A DNA stretch of 64,000 bases from an uncultured Chloracidobacterium sp. (GCA_964545145.1 CAZJFB010000001.1:27616-91615); one strand, 5' to 3'; counted from the stretch's first letter, positions 45,723 to 56,197 are shown. The notes: a model not told the origin generated them from the sequence alone. A program made the numbers and translations.

Positions 45723-46832
45723 TTATTCCTTGATGATCCAACCGCCGCCGACGACTTCGTCGCCGTCATAGAATATCGTAGCCTGACCGGGCGTGATCGC
45801 ACGCTGCGGTTCGTCGAAAACGATCCGGGCATGCGCGTCGGGCAGAGCATAGATCGTCGCAGGCGACGGGTCGTGGCGGTATCGTATCTTCACATTGGCA
45901 CGCACCGGTTCGGCCGGCGTATCGAACGCGACCCAATTCACGCCTTTCGCGACAAACTCGACCGCCTCTAGCTCGTTTTCCTCGCCGACGATGATCTGAT
46001 TTCTGGCACGCTCGATCTGCACGACATAGAGTGGCTTTTCGTGGGCGATGCCGAGACCGCGCCGCTGGCCGATCGTGTAGCGATGAATTCCGGTATGCGT
46101 CCCAACTATGTCGCCGGCGGTATTCACGATCTCGCCTCCCTCGGGCATCTCTGCCGTGCGTCCCTCGTGTTCGAGATAGCGATCGATGAACTCGCTGTAT
46201 TTGCCGTCGGGCACAAAGCAGATCTCCTGCGATTCCTGCTTTTCGGCAGTATATAGATTTGCGCCGCGTGCTATGTCGCGAACCTCTTCTTTCTGCATCT
46301 CGCCGAGCGGAAAATACGATCGCGAGAGCTGTTCCTGCGTGAGTTCCCAGAGGAAATAGCTCTGGTCCTTCCAATGATTGGTCGAGCGAAAGAGCCGATA
46401 GCGGTCCGCAGCGTCGTCGTAAATGACGCGTGCATAATGCCCGGTCGCGACCTTTTCGCAGCCGAGGCTCAAGGCCATCCGATCCAGCGACGCAAACTTC
46501 AGACGTGAATTGCACGCGACGCACGGTATCGGCGTCTCGCCGCTCAGATAGCTCGCAACAAAGGGCTCGACGACGTCGCGTTCGAAATCCTTTTCGAGAT
46601 TGAGCACGTAGAACGGAAACCCTAAGCTTTCGGCGACTCGCCGTGCATCATAAACGTCATCGAGCGAGCAGCAGCGTGACGGCAAAGGATCGCCGTTCTC
46701 GTCCGTGCTGATGCCGCGGCGCTGATTCCACAGCTGCATCGTGAAGCCGATGAGTTCGTGCCCCTGCTCTTTTAATAATGCGGCCGCCGCCGAACTATCG
46801 ACGCCGCCGCTCATTGCTACTGCTATCTTCAT
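45723..46832 (-). CDS. mnmA: tRNA-specific 2-thiouridylase
   Basis: PP-loop [10 protein letters not shown] and blocks GHYARV and FCFV-like ICFVPDG. Confidence 0.95.
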   Translation of the reverse strand: MKIAVAMSGGVDSSAAAALLKEQGHELIGFTMQLWNQRRGISTDENGDPLPSRCCSLDDVYDARRVAESLGFPFYVLNLEKDFERDVVEPFVASYLSGETPIPCVACNSRLKFASLDRMALSLGCEKVATGHYARVIYDDAADRYRLFRSTNHWKDQSYFLWELTQEQLSRSYFPLGEMQKEEVRDIARGANLYTAEKQESQEICFVPDGKYSEFIDRYLEHEGRTAEMPEGGEIVNTAGDIVGTHTGIHRYTIGQRRGLGIAHEKPLYVVQIERARNQIIVGEENELEAVEFVAKGVNWVAFDTPAEPVRANVKIRYRHDPSPATIYALPDAHARIVFDEPQRAITPGQATIFYDGDEVVGGGWIIKE

Positions 46833-46927
46833 TACGTCAAGCCCATTATTCTGACAGGCTCATCGTATTGGATGCAAGAGGTATTCCTGGTAGTTAAGGC
46901 TCGTCTTTGAAATAAAATATCACTGAC

Positions 46928-48055
46928 CTAATCTGATAAGGCCTTACGCAATTCCGCGATGATAGCGTTAGCGTAAAGCCTTGCTCCGGCCGGATCAGGG
47001 TGACCAACTGCAGCATAGGAACATCGCTTTGGTGAGTATTTGATACCAGTCGTTTTCTGCAACTCCTCAAACGCGGCCTTGCAGTCTGCCTTCCGTTCTG
47101 CATACAGAGGGTCCTCAACGGTACCATCCTTTCGCATTCTAAAGAGCTTAGTGTTCGGGGCCTCAACCACGTGTTCTTCGGTAAGTGGCGACTTTACAAA
47201 GACGGCTTGTTCCCGGCCTATTACTGTATTGTGTGCTGCCACGGCTGCCTGCAGATTACGTTCCGATTCAGCAACCCAGACTCGCGAGCGCTTGATCGCT
47301 TTTTTCAACAACTTACCAAAAACAATAGGACGCATGACGGGATTGTTGACAAACCCCTGCAGCCAGCCGGGAACATTAAGCGTCTCTAACCAACCGTTGA
47401 AGACCTTACTGCGTGACGAATATTCCGAAAGTATCGGATAATAGCCAACCACAACGATATGAGCATCAGGGTTTTGCCCGGCGATATACCTGAGAAGTGA
47501 TCCTACGCGGTCCCGACAAACCTCATCGATCTTACGGATCAATTCCTTCTCATCACCAAATGGGTCGAGTACTCCTTCGACAGCAATATCTGTAATTCCG
47601 GCGGTCAGCATTACGAGGTCCGCTCCTCGCTCAACTCTTCGGGATTTGAACTCTGCGGCTGCTGTATCGACCTGTTTGAACATGCTTGGCGACGATACAT
47701 TCACTTCACCCTTATATGGAAAATTCTCGTCCTTTCCGGCAGCCCTATACCTTGCCGCCTCCTTTGGATCGAATCTAATGGTCGCACCCGAATGGGCCTT
47801 CACTGTCAAATTCACTTCGCGTTTCCCACCGAAGGCTTCATTCTCAAGCCATTCAGTTGTAAGCGAATAGAACTTGTCCTTTTCAAGTAATCCTTGTCCC
47901 CAAACAAGCGAATCACCCACAACCAAGAACTCAAAAGGACGATGTTGTTCAAATGCTCGGTCGAATCCCCCCTTGCCAACCACGGCCAAGATAGATGTCA
48001 TGGCCATTCCCCTTAGGAACTCACGGCGATTCAGGTTATTTTCCCTGGAATTCAT
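46928..48055 (-). CDS. exported SGNH/GDSL-family hydrolase
   Basis: Tat-like leader NRREFLRGMAMTS, block I VVGDSLVWGQG, and a C-terminal HP motif (AVGHPDPAGA). Confidence 0.75.
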   Translation of the reverse strand: MNSRENNLNRREFLRGMAMTSILAVVGKGGFDRAFEQHRPFEFLVVGDSLVWGQGLLEKDKFYSLTTEWLENEAFGGKREVNLTVKAHSGATIRFDPKEAARYRAAGKDENFPYKGEVNVSSPSMFKQVDTAAAEFKSRRVERGADLVMLTAGITDIAVEGVLDPFGDEKELIRKIDEVCRDRVGSLLRYIAGQNPDAHIVVVGYYPILSEYSSRSKVFNGWLETLNVPGWLQGFVNNPVMRPIVFGKLLKKAIKRSRVWVAESERNLQAAVAAHNTVIGREQAVFVKSPLTEEHVVEAPNTKLFRMRKDGTVEDPLYAERKADCKAAFEELQKTTGIKYSPKRCSYAAVGHPDPAGARLYANAIIAELRKALSD

Positions 48056-48147
48056 ACTTTTCTAAATGGAGGAAACGGGATTCCACTTTCGCTAGAACAA
48101 TCAGGCTTTTCGCGTCAGGTTAGTTTATTCGGATCGAAGTTGTAAAG

Positions 48148-48924
48148 TCACTGCCCATAACCAGGGATCGGACGCCGCCATCTTAACGCAAGGAATATTG
48201 CCAGGCATCCAGCAGCTGCTAGAAGATGCTTCAGTGTGTGTCCGCTCACATTTTCGCCGGTTGCCCTAAAGATCACTTTGTCGCCAAGTTCTGTGAGTTT
48301 CGCAAGTCCGTAAAGAATGGCACCGGCAAGTATTAGCGATTGATGTGTATACCGCGGCCGAAATGCGAGCATTACAAAGGGCACGATCAACAATGGAACC
48401 ATCTGCACCCAATAGTATATTCGGAGGTCATCAAACCAGTGCCAATATAGAACACTTGCCACGCCGAGGAAGACCGCGGGACCTAGCAGCATCCTTAGCC
48501 TTTCACCGAGGTACTCGCCTAATAGCCCAATAAAGAGCCCCATGAAACCTACAGTTAATGAGCTCCTGTCCCATACCAAGGTCTCATCATTTGGTGTCCA
48601 GTGATAGTAAGACGACGCGACGCCGACTAATGCGATCCCAGTAAACATTACCAACCAAGCGTTACGAAGCGGTCCAAGATCCCTGCTAAGGCAAAGCCAC
48701 AACCCCGCCAATCCGACTATTAGGAACGGAAGATTCGAGGCGACATCACCGAAATTTGGTATCCCTGACAAAGCCCGGCTATCCGCAAAGGCGTGATAAT
48801 TCTGATCCTGCGCAATCGGGGCCTGGAGCAACAATGCGGCGAATGAACCAAAAACTACCACACCGATCAGCGAATACCGCCAATAGCGGGAACCGGTACT
48901 TTGAACTTTAGGTCCTGTATCCAT
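48148..48924 (-). CDS. ceramidase-like (alkaline phytoceramidase family) 7-TM protein
   Basis: Blocks YHAFADSR...GIPNFGDVASNLPF, SSYYHWTPNDETLVWDR and SGHTLKHLLAA match my memory of bacterial alkaline-ceramidase-family proteins. Confidence 0.65.
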   Translation of the reverse strand: MDTGPKVQSTGSRYWRYSLIGVVVFGSFAALLLQAPIAQDQNYHAFADSRALSGIPNFGDVASNLPFLIVGLAGLWLCLSRDLGPLRNAWLVMFTGIALVGVASSYYHWTPNDETLVWDRSSLTVGFMGLFIGLLGEYLGERLRMLLGPAVFLGVASVLYWHWFDDLRIYYWVQMVPLLIVPFVMLAFRPRYTHQSLILAGAILYGLAKLTELGDKVIFRATGENVSGHTLKHLLAAAGCLAIFLALRWRRPIPGYGQ

Positions 48925-50036
48925 TATTGCTTCCGTGGACCAACGGTCGGCATCACATTCGACCTTAACGTTTCTACTATTGCGGAGGCAAATGCTCGTG
49001 AACCGGCGACATTGGGATGCGCAACTGAGGACAGCTCACACATTCGCTTTGATAAGCAACCGTAGTGGCGATAAGTCATTTCCGCAAATACCTGAGCGCA
49101 TCCGGCCTTGCGTTCCGCGTAAGTCTCGTCGTTAGGTCGATGGTCTTTGCCGATCTCCCAAACAAGAGTATCGGGGGCACCGTAACTGTGTTCTGATGCT
49201 ATCGGCGACGGTACATAGAATACTCGCTCGGCATGTAACCGACTATTTACAGTATTAACTGCATCGGTAATGTTGCGGTTTGACTCTCGCATCCATAGCT
49301 CGGAGCGCTCCGCGAATTTATTACGGAAAGGTTTGAGTAATTGACGGCTCAGCGGGTTGGTTGCGACAAACTGCAACTTTGGAGGAAAGCTCACGATCTT
49401 AAAGAAGTATCTTGCCATAGCTTTGATGTCTGTCTTTCTCGAGGCAATCGGGGCATACCCCACAACCACTATCTTAGCTCGCGGAAAAGTGGCAGCTATA
49501 GTTTCAAGTAGCTCAGTCATCGATACGTTACAAAACCGCCGTACTCGTTCGCGGAGTTTCGATCGTGGATAGAAGGGACTCATAATGTCCGCGACGAGTA
49601 CATCCGTGATGCAACCGGACAACATAACGAGGTCGACCTCGTCAGGATCGGTATATTCGGTGGCGGCAACCTCTACCTGACGCCTAATGCTCGGAGCGGA
49701 GAGATTTGCTTCGGTAAAACGAAAGACATTTATGTCGTCACCCGCATCCGCCATGGCCTTGAGCTCCTCTGGATGGATAGTGATTCGCGAACCCGCATGG
49801 GCTTTTACTTTAAGCTCCACGCGTCTCGATGACCCAAGCAGCTCTTTTTCAAGACGCTCCTTCACAACCGAGTAGGATCGATTTTCTTCTCGTAGCCCTT
49901 GTCCGGAGATATGGGAATCACCCACAACGAGCATTTTGAAGGGCTGCTCCGACTGGGCCAGAAATTCGGAGCGGAGCAACAGCGATATGATCGCCAAGCC
50001 AGAGATCTTGATCCACAACTTCAACAGCATCTTCAC
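48924..50036 (-). CDS. exported SGNH/GDSL-family hydrolase (paralogue of 46928-48055)
   Basis: Signal peptide, block I VVGDSHISGQG, C-terminal VAHPNVAGS. Its stop overlaps the ceramidase-like start by 1 nt. Confidence 0.75.
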   Translation of the reverse strand: MKMLLKLWIKISGLAIISLLLRSEFLAQSEQPFKMLVVGDSHISGQGLREENRSYSVVKERLEKELLGSSRRVELKVKAHAGSRITIHPEELKAMADAGDDINVFRFTEANLSAPSIRRQVEVAATEYTDPDEVDLVMLSGCITDVLVADIMSPFYPRSKLRERVRRFCNVSMTELLETIAATFPRAKIVVVGYAPIASRKTDIKAMARYFFKIVSFPPKLQFVATNPLSRQLLKPFRNKFAERSELWMRESNRNITDAVNTVNSRLHAERVFYVPSPIASEHSYGAPDTLVWEIGKDHRPNDETYAERKAGCAQVFAEMTYRHYGCLSKRMCELSSVAHPNVAGSRAFASAIVETLRSNVMPTVGPRKQ

Positions 50037-50359
50037 GCAACTTTAGCTTTGCAAACACTATGCCTGCGAGATAGGTGCTCAGTTTATGTACGCAATGCCA
50101 AAAATACTCGCAATTCTCTAGCTAACGACCAGAGTAGTACCGCTAATAGACCGATTCCTCGCAGAAATGCGCGAAATTTCTCATTGCCCCGGCTTTTGCA
50201 TTATCTTAGGGCCGTGTTATATTCACAACACTATGAAGCTTGCCACCCGCTAAATAATCCTCAAAATTAGTGCCCAGTTTCGTCGCAGCGCGCGTAAGAA
50301 CGGGCGTCGTCCGGCACATATTTGTGTCTTTGGCTCTCTTTTTCGAAACAAGAAAATTT

Positions 50360-51784
50360 ATGTCCAAAACTGTGGAAACCGCAAACGCGGAAGCATTAGA
50401 CAATTCATTTTGGGCGGTAGTTCGAGAAGCAGTCCGCGGTTCGAATCGTGACTTCACACAAGGACCTATCGGACTTGGCATCTTCTTGCTCGCGGTACCT
50501 ATGATACTGGAGATGAGCATGGAAAGTCTCTTCGCGGTCGTGGACATCTTCTTCGTCGCCAAGCTCGGTGCGGACGCAGTTGCTATTGTCGGACTGACCG
50601 AAAGTGTCATGGCCCTGATATATGCGGTCGCCTTCGGATTTGCCATTGGAGCTACAGCCACTGTAGCTCGGCGAACCGGCGAGAATGACCCGGTTGGGGC
50701 AGCGAGATCCGCGGCGCATGTCATCTATTGCGGCGTGATCGTTTCCGTTGTGATCAGCGCGATCGGCATTGTCTTCGCTCCACAGATCCTTACGATTCTC
50801 GGAGCTAAACCGCACCTGCTCGAGGAAGGTTCTCGATTCATGCGGATCATGGTCGGCGGCAATGGCGTAGTACTGTTCATCTTTTTGCTGAACGCGATCT
50901 TTCGCGGTGCGGGCGACGCCGCCGTCGCGATGCGAGTGTTAGTACTCGCTAATGGATTGAACATGATCCTCTCGCCGTGCTTCATTTACGGCGTCGCTTT
51001 CTTTCCTGAACTTGGCGTCACCGGTGCGGCGGTCGGCACGACCATCGGCCGGGGGATCGGCGTCGCATATGCGGCGTGGAACCTCTTCCGCCCGGGCGGC
51101 CGCATCCACGTTCATCGCGATAGCTGGAAGCTCGACGTCGGCCTCCTTTGGAGGCTGATCAAGCTCTCAGCAACGGGTGTTATACAACTTCTGATCGCGA
51201 CCGCGAGTTGGACTGCATTGATGCCGATCATGGCCGGATTTGGAGAAGCTGCGATCGCGGGCTATGTGATCGCGTTGCGTGTAGTGATGTTCGCGTTGCT
51301 GCCGGCGCTTGGTTTGAGCAATGCTGCGGCAACGATGGTCGGCCAGAATCTCGGTGCGGGAAAACCGGAGCGGTCCGAAGCCGCCGTTTGGAAGGCCGCG
51401 TGGTTCAATGCCGCGTTCTATTTCGGCATCGGGCTCATCTTTTTGTTCTTTTCGCATCCGATCATCGGCATATTTACCCACGAACCTGAAGTGCTCAAAT
51501 ACGGCACGTCGGCGCTCCACGTTATCGCCTACGGTTTTGCTTTCTACGGACTTGGAATGGTGCTCGAGACGGCATTTAACGGCGCCGGCGACACATGGAC
51601 GCCGACCTATCTCAATCTGCTCGTCTTTTGGATATTCGAGATTCCGTTGGCCTACACGTTGGCGTACCGTTTTGAGATGGGGCCGGATGGTGTGTTCTGG
51701 GCGATCACTTTGGCCTTCTCGCTCCTCGCTGTCGCCAGTGGATTACTTTTCCGCCGGGGCAAATGGAAACTAAAGGTCGTCTAA
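50360..51784 (+). CDS. MATE-family efflux transporter
   Basis: 12-TM pattern with MATE-like N-terminal region (GPIGLGIFLLAVPMILEM). The ATG at 50360 is preferred over the ORF start at 50270. Confidence 0.9.
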   Translation: MSKTVETANAEALDNSFWAVVREAVRGSNRDFTQGPIGLGIFLLAVPMILEMSMESLFAVVDIFFVAKLGADAVAIVGLTESVMALIYAVAFGFAIGATATVARRTGENDPVGAARSAAHVIYCGVIVSVVISAIGIVFAPQILTILGAKPHLLEEGSRFMRIMVGGNGVVLFIFLLNAIFRGAGDAAVAMRVLVLANGLNMILSPCFIYGVAFFPELGVTGAAVGTTIGRGIGVAYAAWNLFRPGGRIHVHRDSWKLDVGLLWRLIKLSATGVIQLLIATASWTALMPIMAGFGEAAIAGYVIALRVVMFALLPALGLSNAAATMVGQNLGAGKPERSEAAVWKAAWFNAAFYFGIGLIFLFFSHPIIGIFTHEPEVLKYGTSALHVIAYGFAFYGLGMVLETAFNGAGDTWTPTYLNLLVFWIFEIPLAYTLAYRFEMGPDGVFWAITLAFSLLAVASGLLFRRGKWKLKVV

Positions 51785-51837
51785 TGATATTTGATCACTT
51801 ACTGTTCAGCGCGAGGCCGTTATGGTAAAAACTCACT

Positions 51838-52530
51838 ATGCCGCCCGACGCGTTTCGGGACCCGCGACAGCACAGCTTTGACGAATGGATCGCCATCGGC
51901 GACTACCTTTACCGCGCCAAAGACGTCGTCGCATTCGGCACGCCATTGACGGCGGCGAATGTCCGCGAAGCCTATCTCAAAGGCATTTTTCCGTGGTATA
52001 CCGAGGGATTTCCGCTGCCGTGGCATTGCCCCGAGCAGCGGGCGATCCTCGATTTCGCCGACCTTCGTATTCCGCGAAGTCTTGCAAAGGAACGGAGAAA
52101 GGGCGAGTTCACATTCTCGATCGACCGTGACTTCAGAGCCGTGATGCGAGAATGCTCGCTCGCTAACCGCCCGGGACAGCGCGGAACGTGGATAACTCCA
52201 GAATTTGAGAAAGTTTACAGCCGGCTTCACGACGAAGGCATGGCCCACAGCGTCGAGGTTTGGAACAAGTCGGGCGAACTTGTTGGCGGGCTCTACGGCA
52301 TCGACGCCGGCGGTGTTTTCTGCGGCGAATCGATGTTCTATAAAGAGCCGAACGCATCTAAGCTCGCATTGCTTTTCCTCATCGATCACCTTCAGAAACG
52401 ACGTGCGACCTGGCTCGATTGCCAGGTAATGACGCCGCACATGGAGGCTCTCGGTGCGAAAGACATTGACCGTTTGGAATTTTTGGATAGACTCGGGGAA
52501 ACACAAGAATTACAGCTTGAGGCTTTTTGA
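51838..52530 (+). CDS. aat: leucyl/phenylalanyl-tRNA--protein transferase
   Basis: Blocks GIFPWY, TWITPEF, LVGGLYG...GESMF and SK.AL are typical of Aat. Confidence 0.9.
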   Translation: MPPDAFRDPRQHSFDEWIAIGDYLYRAKDVVAFGTPLTAANVREAYLKGIFPWYTEGFPLPWHCPEQRAILDFADLRIPRSLAKERRKGEFTFSIDRDFRAVMRECSLANRPGQRGTWITPEFEKVYSRLHDEGMAHSVEVWNKSGELVGGLYGIDAGGVFCGESMFYKEPNASKLALLFLIDHLQKRRATWLDCQVMTPHMEALGAKDIDRLEFLDRLGETQELQLEAF

Positions 52531-52536
52531 GGGAAA

Positions 52537-53004
52537 ATGGACGACCAAATCGAACTCCGCCGGCATCTTAACGAACTCCTGACAGGCAGTTCGGCTCACA
52601 TCGATCTCGAGGCCGCTCTCGACGGTTTCCCGCTCGAACACATCAATACCCGCATCGAAAATTCGCCGCATACCGCGTGGGAATTGCTCGAGCATCTGCG
52701 GCTGGCTCAGTGGGACATTCTCGATTTCAGCGTAAATCCGGCATACCGGGAAATGGCGTTTCCCGACGATTATTGGCCGAAAGACGCGGGAACTGAAGTC
52801 GCATGGAAAGCATCGGTCTCGCAGGTCCAGGCCGATCTGAGGGCAATGCTCGATCTGGTCGAAGATCCGGCGACCGACCTTTACGCCGTGATCCCGCACG
52901 GCGACGGCCAAACGATCCTCCGTGAGGCATTGCTCGCCGCCGATCACAACGCATATCATGTCGGCCAGATCATGCTGCTGAGACGAATTCTGGAGAAACA
53001 GTAG
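52537..53004 (+). CDS. DinB-family protein
   Basis: Four-helix-bundle pattern with conserved His residues (WELLEHL...HNAYHVGQI). Confidence 0.8.
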   Translation: MDDQIELRRHLNELLTGSSAHIDLEAALDGFPLEHINTRIENSPHTAWELLEHLRLAQWDILDFSVNPAYREMAFPDDYWPKDAGTEVAWKASVSQVQADLRAMLDLVEDPATDLYAVIPHGDGQTILREALLAADHNAYHVGQIMLLRRILEKQ

Positions 53005-53008
53005 ATCG

Positions 53009-53206
53009 ATGCCGCATCGCGAACGAAAAAATATCCGTCCGGGAATGCAGGTCGCCATCGTCCTGAAACAAGACCAGCGAACCGGCAAAGAGACAGTCGG
53101 AGTGGTGAAAGACCTGCTGACAAATTCACCGAACCATCCGCACGGGATCAAGGTGAGATTAGAAGATGGACAGGTCGGACGAGTTCAGAGAATCATGGCA
53201 GAATAA
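53009..53206 (+). CDS. YwbE-family small protein (DUF2196)
   Basis: 65 aa. Blocks GV.V.IVLKQDQRTGK...HPHGIKVRL..GQVGRV are typical of YwbE. Confidence 0.75.
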   Translation: MPHRERKNIRPGMQVAIVLKQDQRTGKETVGVVKDLLTNSPNHPHGIKVRLEDGQVGRVQRIMAE

Positions 53207-53278
53207 TTCTGCATTCAACGACGCAGATTTGTGTTATACTTGCAACGCTGTTGAAAGACAATTTTAGGAGGGCCTCCC

Positions 53279-54409
53279 ATGGCTACTTTTTCTGACAGTA
53301 CTTCCGATTCTGTTTTACCTGAGCACTCGGTGGCGAAAGTTAAATTGCTCGGCGAATATTTAAGGTTGTTTTTGAGCATCATTGCAAACGATGGTTATAC
53401 GAAGCGAATACGTATCTTTGACTTATTTTGCGGTGAGGGTATTTACGGTGATTCTGGGGAGGGAAGCCCAATCGTCATTATGAAGGCCGTGAAAGACCTT
53501 TATTACACAAGGGAATCAAAATCATTTCGATCGCCCAAGATAGATTGCTACTTCAACGATAATAATAAGGACAAAGTTCTAAAGGTTGAAGAAAGTATAA
53601 AAACAAAACATCTTCACTACTCTCAAATTGGCGAGATAGCCTATAGCAATCGAAACTACGACGATTTTATTAAGGAACTAATCCAAAGACTCCCGGAAAG
53701 TCGGGATGAAAAGAACTTTGTTTTTATTGATCCCTACGGATACAAGCATATAAGAGCAAGTGACATCCAAGCTCTCCTTTCAAAAGGAAACGTAGAAGTC
53801 CTACTATTTCTGCCCACTCAGTTTATGTATCGCTTCGATTCAAATGGAATGCCGGAAGCTTTAGTAGATTTCATCGAAGAGATCGTTGACTATGGGCAGT
53901 GGAAAGAGACTGATAGCGTTTGGGGGTTTGTCGAGCAACTGAAAATAGCATTTAGACAAAACCTTGGTGCAAGAAGATTTGTCGACACATTCACGATTCA
54001 GAAAGATCCTCAGACTGTATTTTGCTTGTTCTTTTTTAGCAGCCATATCAAAGGCTTTGAAAAAATGTTAGAAGCAAAGTGGAAACTTGATAAAGATCAG
54101 GGGAAGGGGTGGAATTATAGAGGTGATCAACAAAGTAGTTTGTTTTCTGAACTCAAGATTCATCCGCTTGAACAGAAAATGCGAGCATTTCTAACAGAAG
54201 AAGTTAGAGGGAACGGTGATGTGTATGAATTTACACTTCAATGCGGTTTTCTACCCAAACACACGACTGAAGTCTTTACGAACTTGCAAAAATTAGAACA
54301 ATTAATTGTGGAAGACAAACACGGTACGCGAGTACGGAAAGGTTCATTCTATATTAATTACAAGGCGTTTCGAGACGATCCGACTAAAGTACGCTTCTTC
54401 TTAAGCTAG
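53279..54409 (+). CDS. three-Cys-motif partner protein (TcmP)-like, Rossmann/methyltransferase-like fold
   Basis: AGGAGG 8 nt upstream of the ATG. Motifs [14 protein letters not shown] and FVFIDPYGY. Located directly upstream of a Gp37/Gp68 gene, and AT-rich. Confidence 0.75.
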   Translation: MATFSDSTSDSVLPEHSVAKVKLLGEYLRLFLSIIANDGYTKRIRIFDLFCGEGIYGDSGEGSPIVIMKAVKDLYYTRESKSFRSPKIDCYFNDNNKDKVLKVEESIKTKHLHYSQIGEIAYSNRNYDDFIKELIQRLPESRDEKNFVFIDPYGYKHIRASDIQALLSKGNVEVLLFLPTQFMYRFDSNGMPEALVDFIEEIVDYGQWKETDSVWGFVEQLKIAFRQNLGARRFVDTFTIQKDPQTVFCLFFFSSHIKGFEKMLEAKWKLDKDQGKGWNYRGDQQSSLFSELKIHPLEQKMRAFLTEEVRGNGDVYEFTLQCGFLPKHTTEVFTNLQKLEQLIVEDKHGTRVRKGSFYINYKAFRDDPTKVRFFLS

Positions 54410-54411
54410 TT

Positions 54412-55131
54412 ATGGCACACAAATCTCCGATCGAATGGACCGAATCGACTTGGAACCCGGTAACAGGCTGCAAAAAGATCAGCCCGGGCTGTAAGAATTG
54501 CTACGCCGAGCGGTTATCAAAACGGTTGCAAGCAATGGGTCAGGCAAATTATGTAAATGGATTTGAGCTGACACTCCAGCCACATATGCTTGAACTTCCG
54601 TTGAGGTGGAAAAAGCCACAGACCATATTCGTAAATTCGATGAGCGATCTTTTCCACATCGACGTTCCGCTGGATTACATTCAGCAGGTCTTTGATGTGA
54701 TGAATCAGGCATTTTGGCATCGCTTTCAGGTTTTGACCAAACGAGCGGATCGCTTGGAAGAGCTTAGTTCTGAACTCAATTGGTCAGCAAACATTTGGAT
54801 GGGGGTTTCTGTTGAGAATCAGAAGTATGTCCATCGAATCGATCATCTGCGCCGAACTGATGCGAAAGTGAAATTCCTTTCGCTTGAACCATTGATCGGC
54901 CCTTTGAAGGGAATGAATTTGTCTGGTATCGATTGGGCAATTGTCGGCGGCGAAAGCGGCTATGGCTTTAGACCGATCAAAGAAGAGTGGGTACTGGATA
55001 TCAGAAAACAATGCGACGAATTTAATGTTCCTTTCTTCTTCAAACAGTGGGGCGGTTTTAACAAAAAGAAAACTGGGCGAATGCTCGAGGGACGTACTTA
55101 CGACGAAATGCCAAAACTAGCTTATGCCTAA
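54412..55131 (+). CDS. phage Gp37/Gp68 family protein (DUF5131), Cx6Cx2C motif
   Basis: [28 protein letters not shown]-terminus, then LSLEPL and WAIVGGESG blocks. AT-rich. Confidence 0.85.
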   Translation: MAHKSPIEWTESTWNPVTGCKKISPGCKNCYAERLSKRLQAMGQANYVNGFELTLQPHMLELPLRWKKPQTIFVNSMSDLFHIDVPLDYIQQVFDVMNQAFWHRFQVLTKRADRLEELSSELNWSANIWMGVSVENQKYVHRIDHLRRTDAKVKFLSLEPLIGPLKGMNLSGIDWAIVGGESGYGFRPIKEEWVLDIRKQCDEFNVPFFFKQWGGFNKKKTGRMLEGRTYDEMPKLAYA

Positions 55132-56197
55132 TAATTTTCTGATCTACGGTGCCAATGGCTACACCGGCGAACTCATCACCCGAATGGCAGCAGAGCGCGG
55201 CCTAAAGCCGATCCTTGCCGGTCGCAATGAGGCAAAGGTCGCCGAGCTTGCCGCAAAGTACGGCTTCGAGCACCGGGCGTTCTCGCTCGATGACACCGAG
55301 AAGCTCGACGCTGCGCTGAACGAGGTCGATATGGTGCTGCACTGCGCCGGGCCTTTTTCGATCACGAGTCTGCCGATGGTGAAGGCGTGCATTCGAAATA
55401 AGAAGCACTACACAGACATCACGGGCGAGATCAGTGTGTTCGAGACATGTGCGGCGATGGGCAAAAAGGCCGAGGAGGCCGGCGTGATGCTGATGCCGGG
55501 CGTCGGCTTTGACGTGGTGCCGAGCGACTGTCTCGCACGGCATCTCAAGGACCGTCTGCCGACAGCGACGCATCTTTCGCTCGCATTCTATGGCATGGGC
55601 CGTATCTCGCACGGCACTCAGGCGACGATGACGATGAACGTCGGCCGCGGCGGCGCTATTCGCAAAGACGGCAAGATCACGCCTGTTCCGGCGGCGTGGA
55701 AGACCCGCGAGATCGATTTTGGTCCTGTCGGAACCGCGAGCGGTAGCGACCGGGTGAAAAAGCAAGGAGTGACCATTCCGTGGGGCGATGTTTCGACAGC
55801 ATTTTACTCGACCGATATCCCGAATATCGAGGTTTTCACCGTCGTGCCGCCGGATGGCTTGAGATTGATGAAAATGAGCCGCTACCTTGGCTGGCTGCTG
55901 GCAACGAAATTCATCCAGAAATACCTACAGGCGAATATCCCGCCCGGCGGCCCGTCTGACGAGGAACGCGCTAAAGGCAGAACGCTGATGTGGGGCGAAG
56001 CTTCTGACGCCGAAGGCAACCGCGTCGAGTCGCGCCAGCAAGGCCCCGAGGGCTACACGCTCACGGCGATCGCGGCTCTGAACATCGCCGAAAAGATCAT
56101 GGCCGGCAGCTTCACGCCCGGCTATCAAACTCCCGCAAAAGCTTATGGAGCAGGCCTCGTCTTAGAGATCGACGGCGTTGAGCGTGAGGACACTTGA
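55124..56197 (+). CDS. saccharopine dehydrogenase-like NAD(P)-binding oxidoreductase
   Basis: N-terminal Rossmann motif [12 protein letters not shown]. Family-typical length. Its start overlaps the preceding gene by 8 nt. Confidence 0.85.
   Translation: MPNNFLIYGANGYTGELITRMAAERGLKPILAGRNEAKVAELAAKYGFEHRAFSLDDTEKLDAALNEVDMVLHCAGPFSITSLPMVKACIRNKKHYTDITGEISVFETCAAMGKKAEEAGVMLMPGVGFDVVPSDCLARHLKDRLPTATHLSLAFYGMGRISHGTQATMTMNVGRGGAIRKDGKITPVPAAWKTREIDFGPVGTASGSDRVKKQGVTIPWGDVSTAFYSTDIPNIEVFTVVPPDGLRLMKMSRYLGWLLATKFIQKYLQANIPPGGPSDEERAKGRTLMWGEASDAEGNRVESRQQGPEGYTLTAIAALNIAEKIMAGSFTPGYQTPAKAYGAGLVLEIDGVEREDT
55731..55753. repeat. 23-nt exact repeat, copy 2, inside the saccharopine-dehydrogenase-like CDS
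   Basis: GAACCGCGAGCGGTAGCGACCGG is identical to 22-44. Here it encodes (G)TASGSDR. Confidence 0.9.

Noticed and set aside
45766-46524. 252-aa alternative-frame ORF within mnmA
   Set aside because: It is an Arg-rich out-of-frame product overlapping a canonical mnmA.
51820-53151. 228-aa and 213-aa minus-strand ORFs opposite aat and the DinB-family gene
   Set aside because: They are antisense to CDSs with clear family signatures and have no motifs of their own.
53202-53211. AATAATT(TT)CTG border repeats as a proven target-site duplication
   Set aside because: The repeat is AT-rich, only 10-12 nt and imperfect, and the right copy lies inside the next gene's coding sequence. I keep it as a hint within the TcmP finding, not as a called att/TSD feature.
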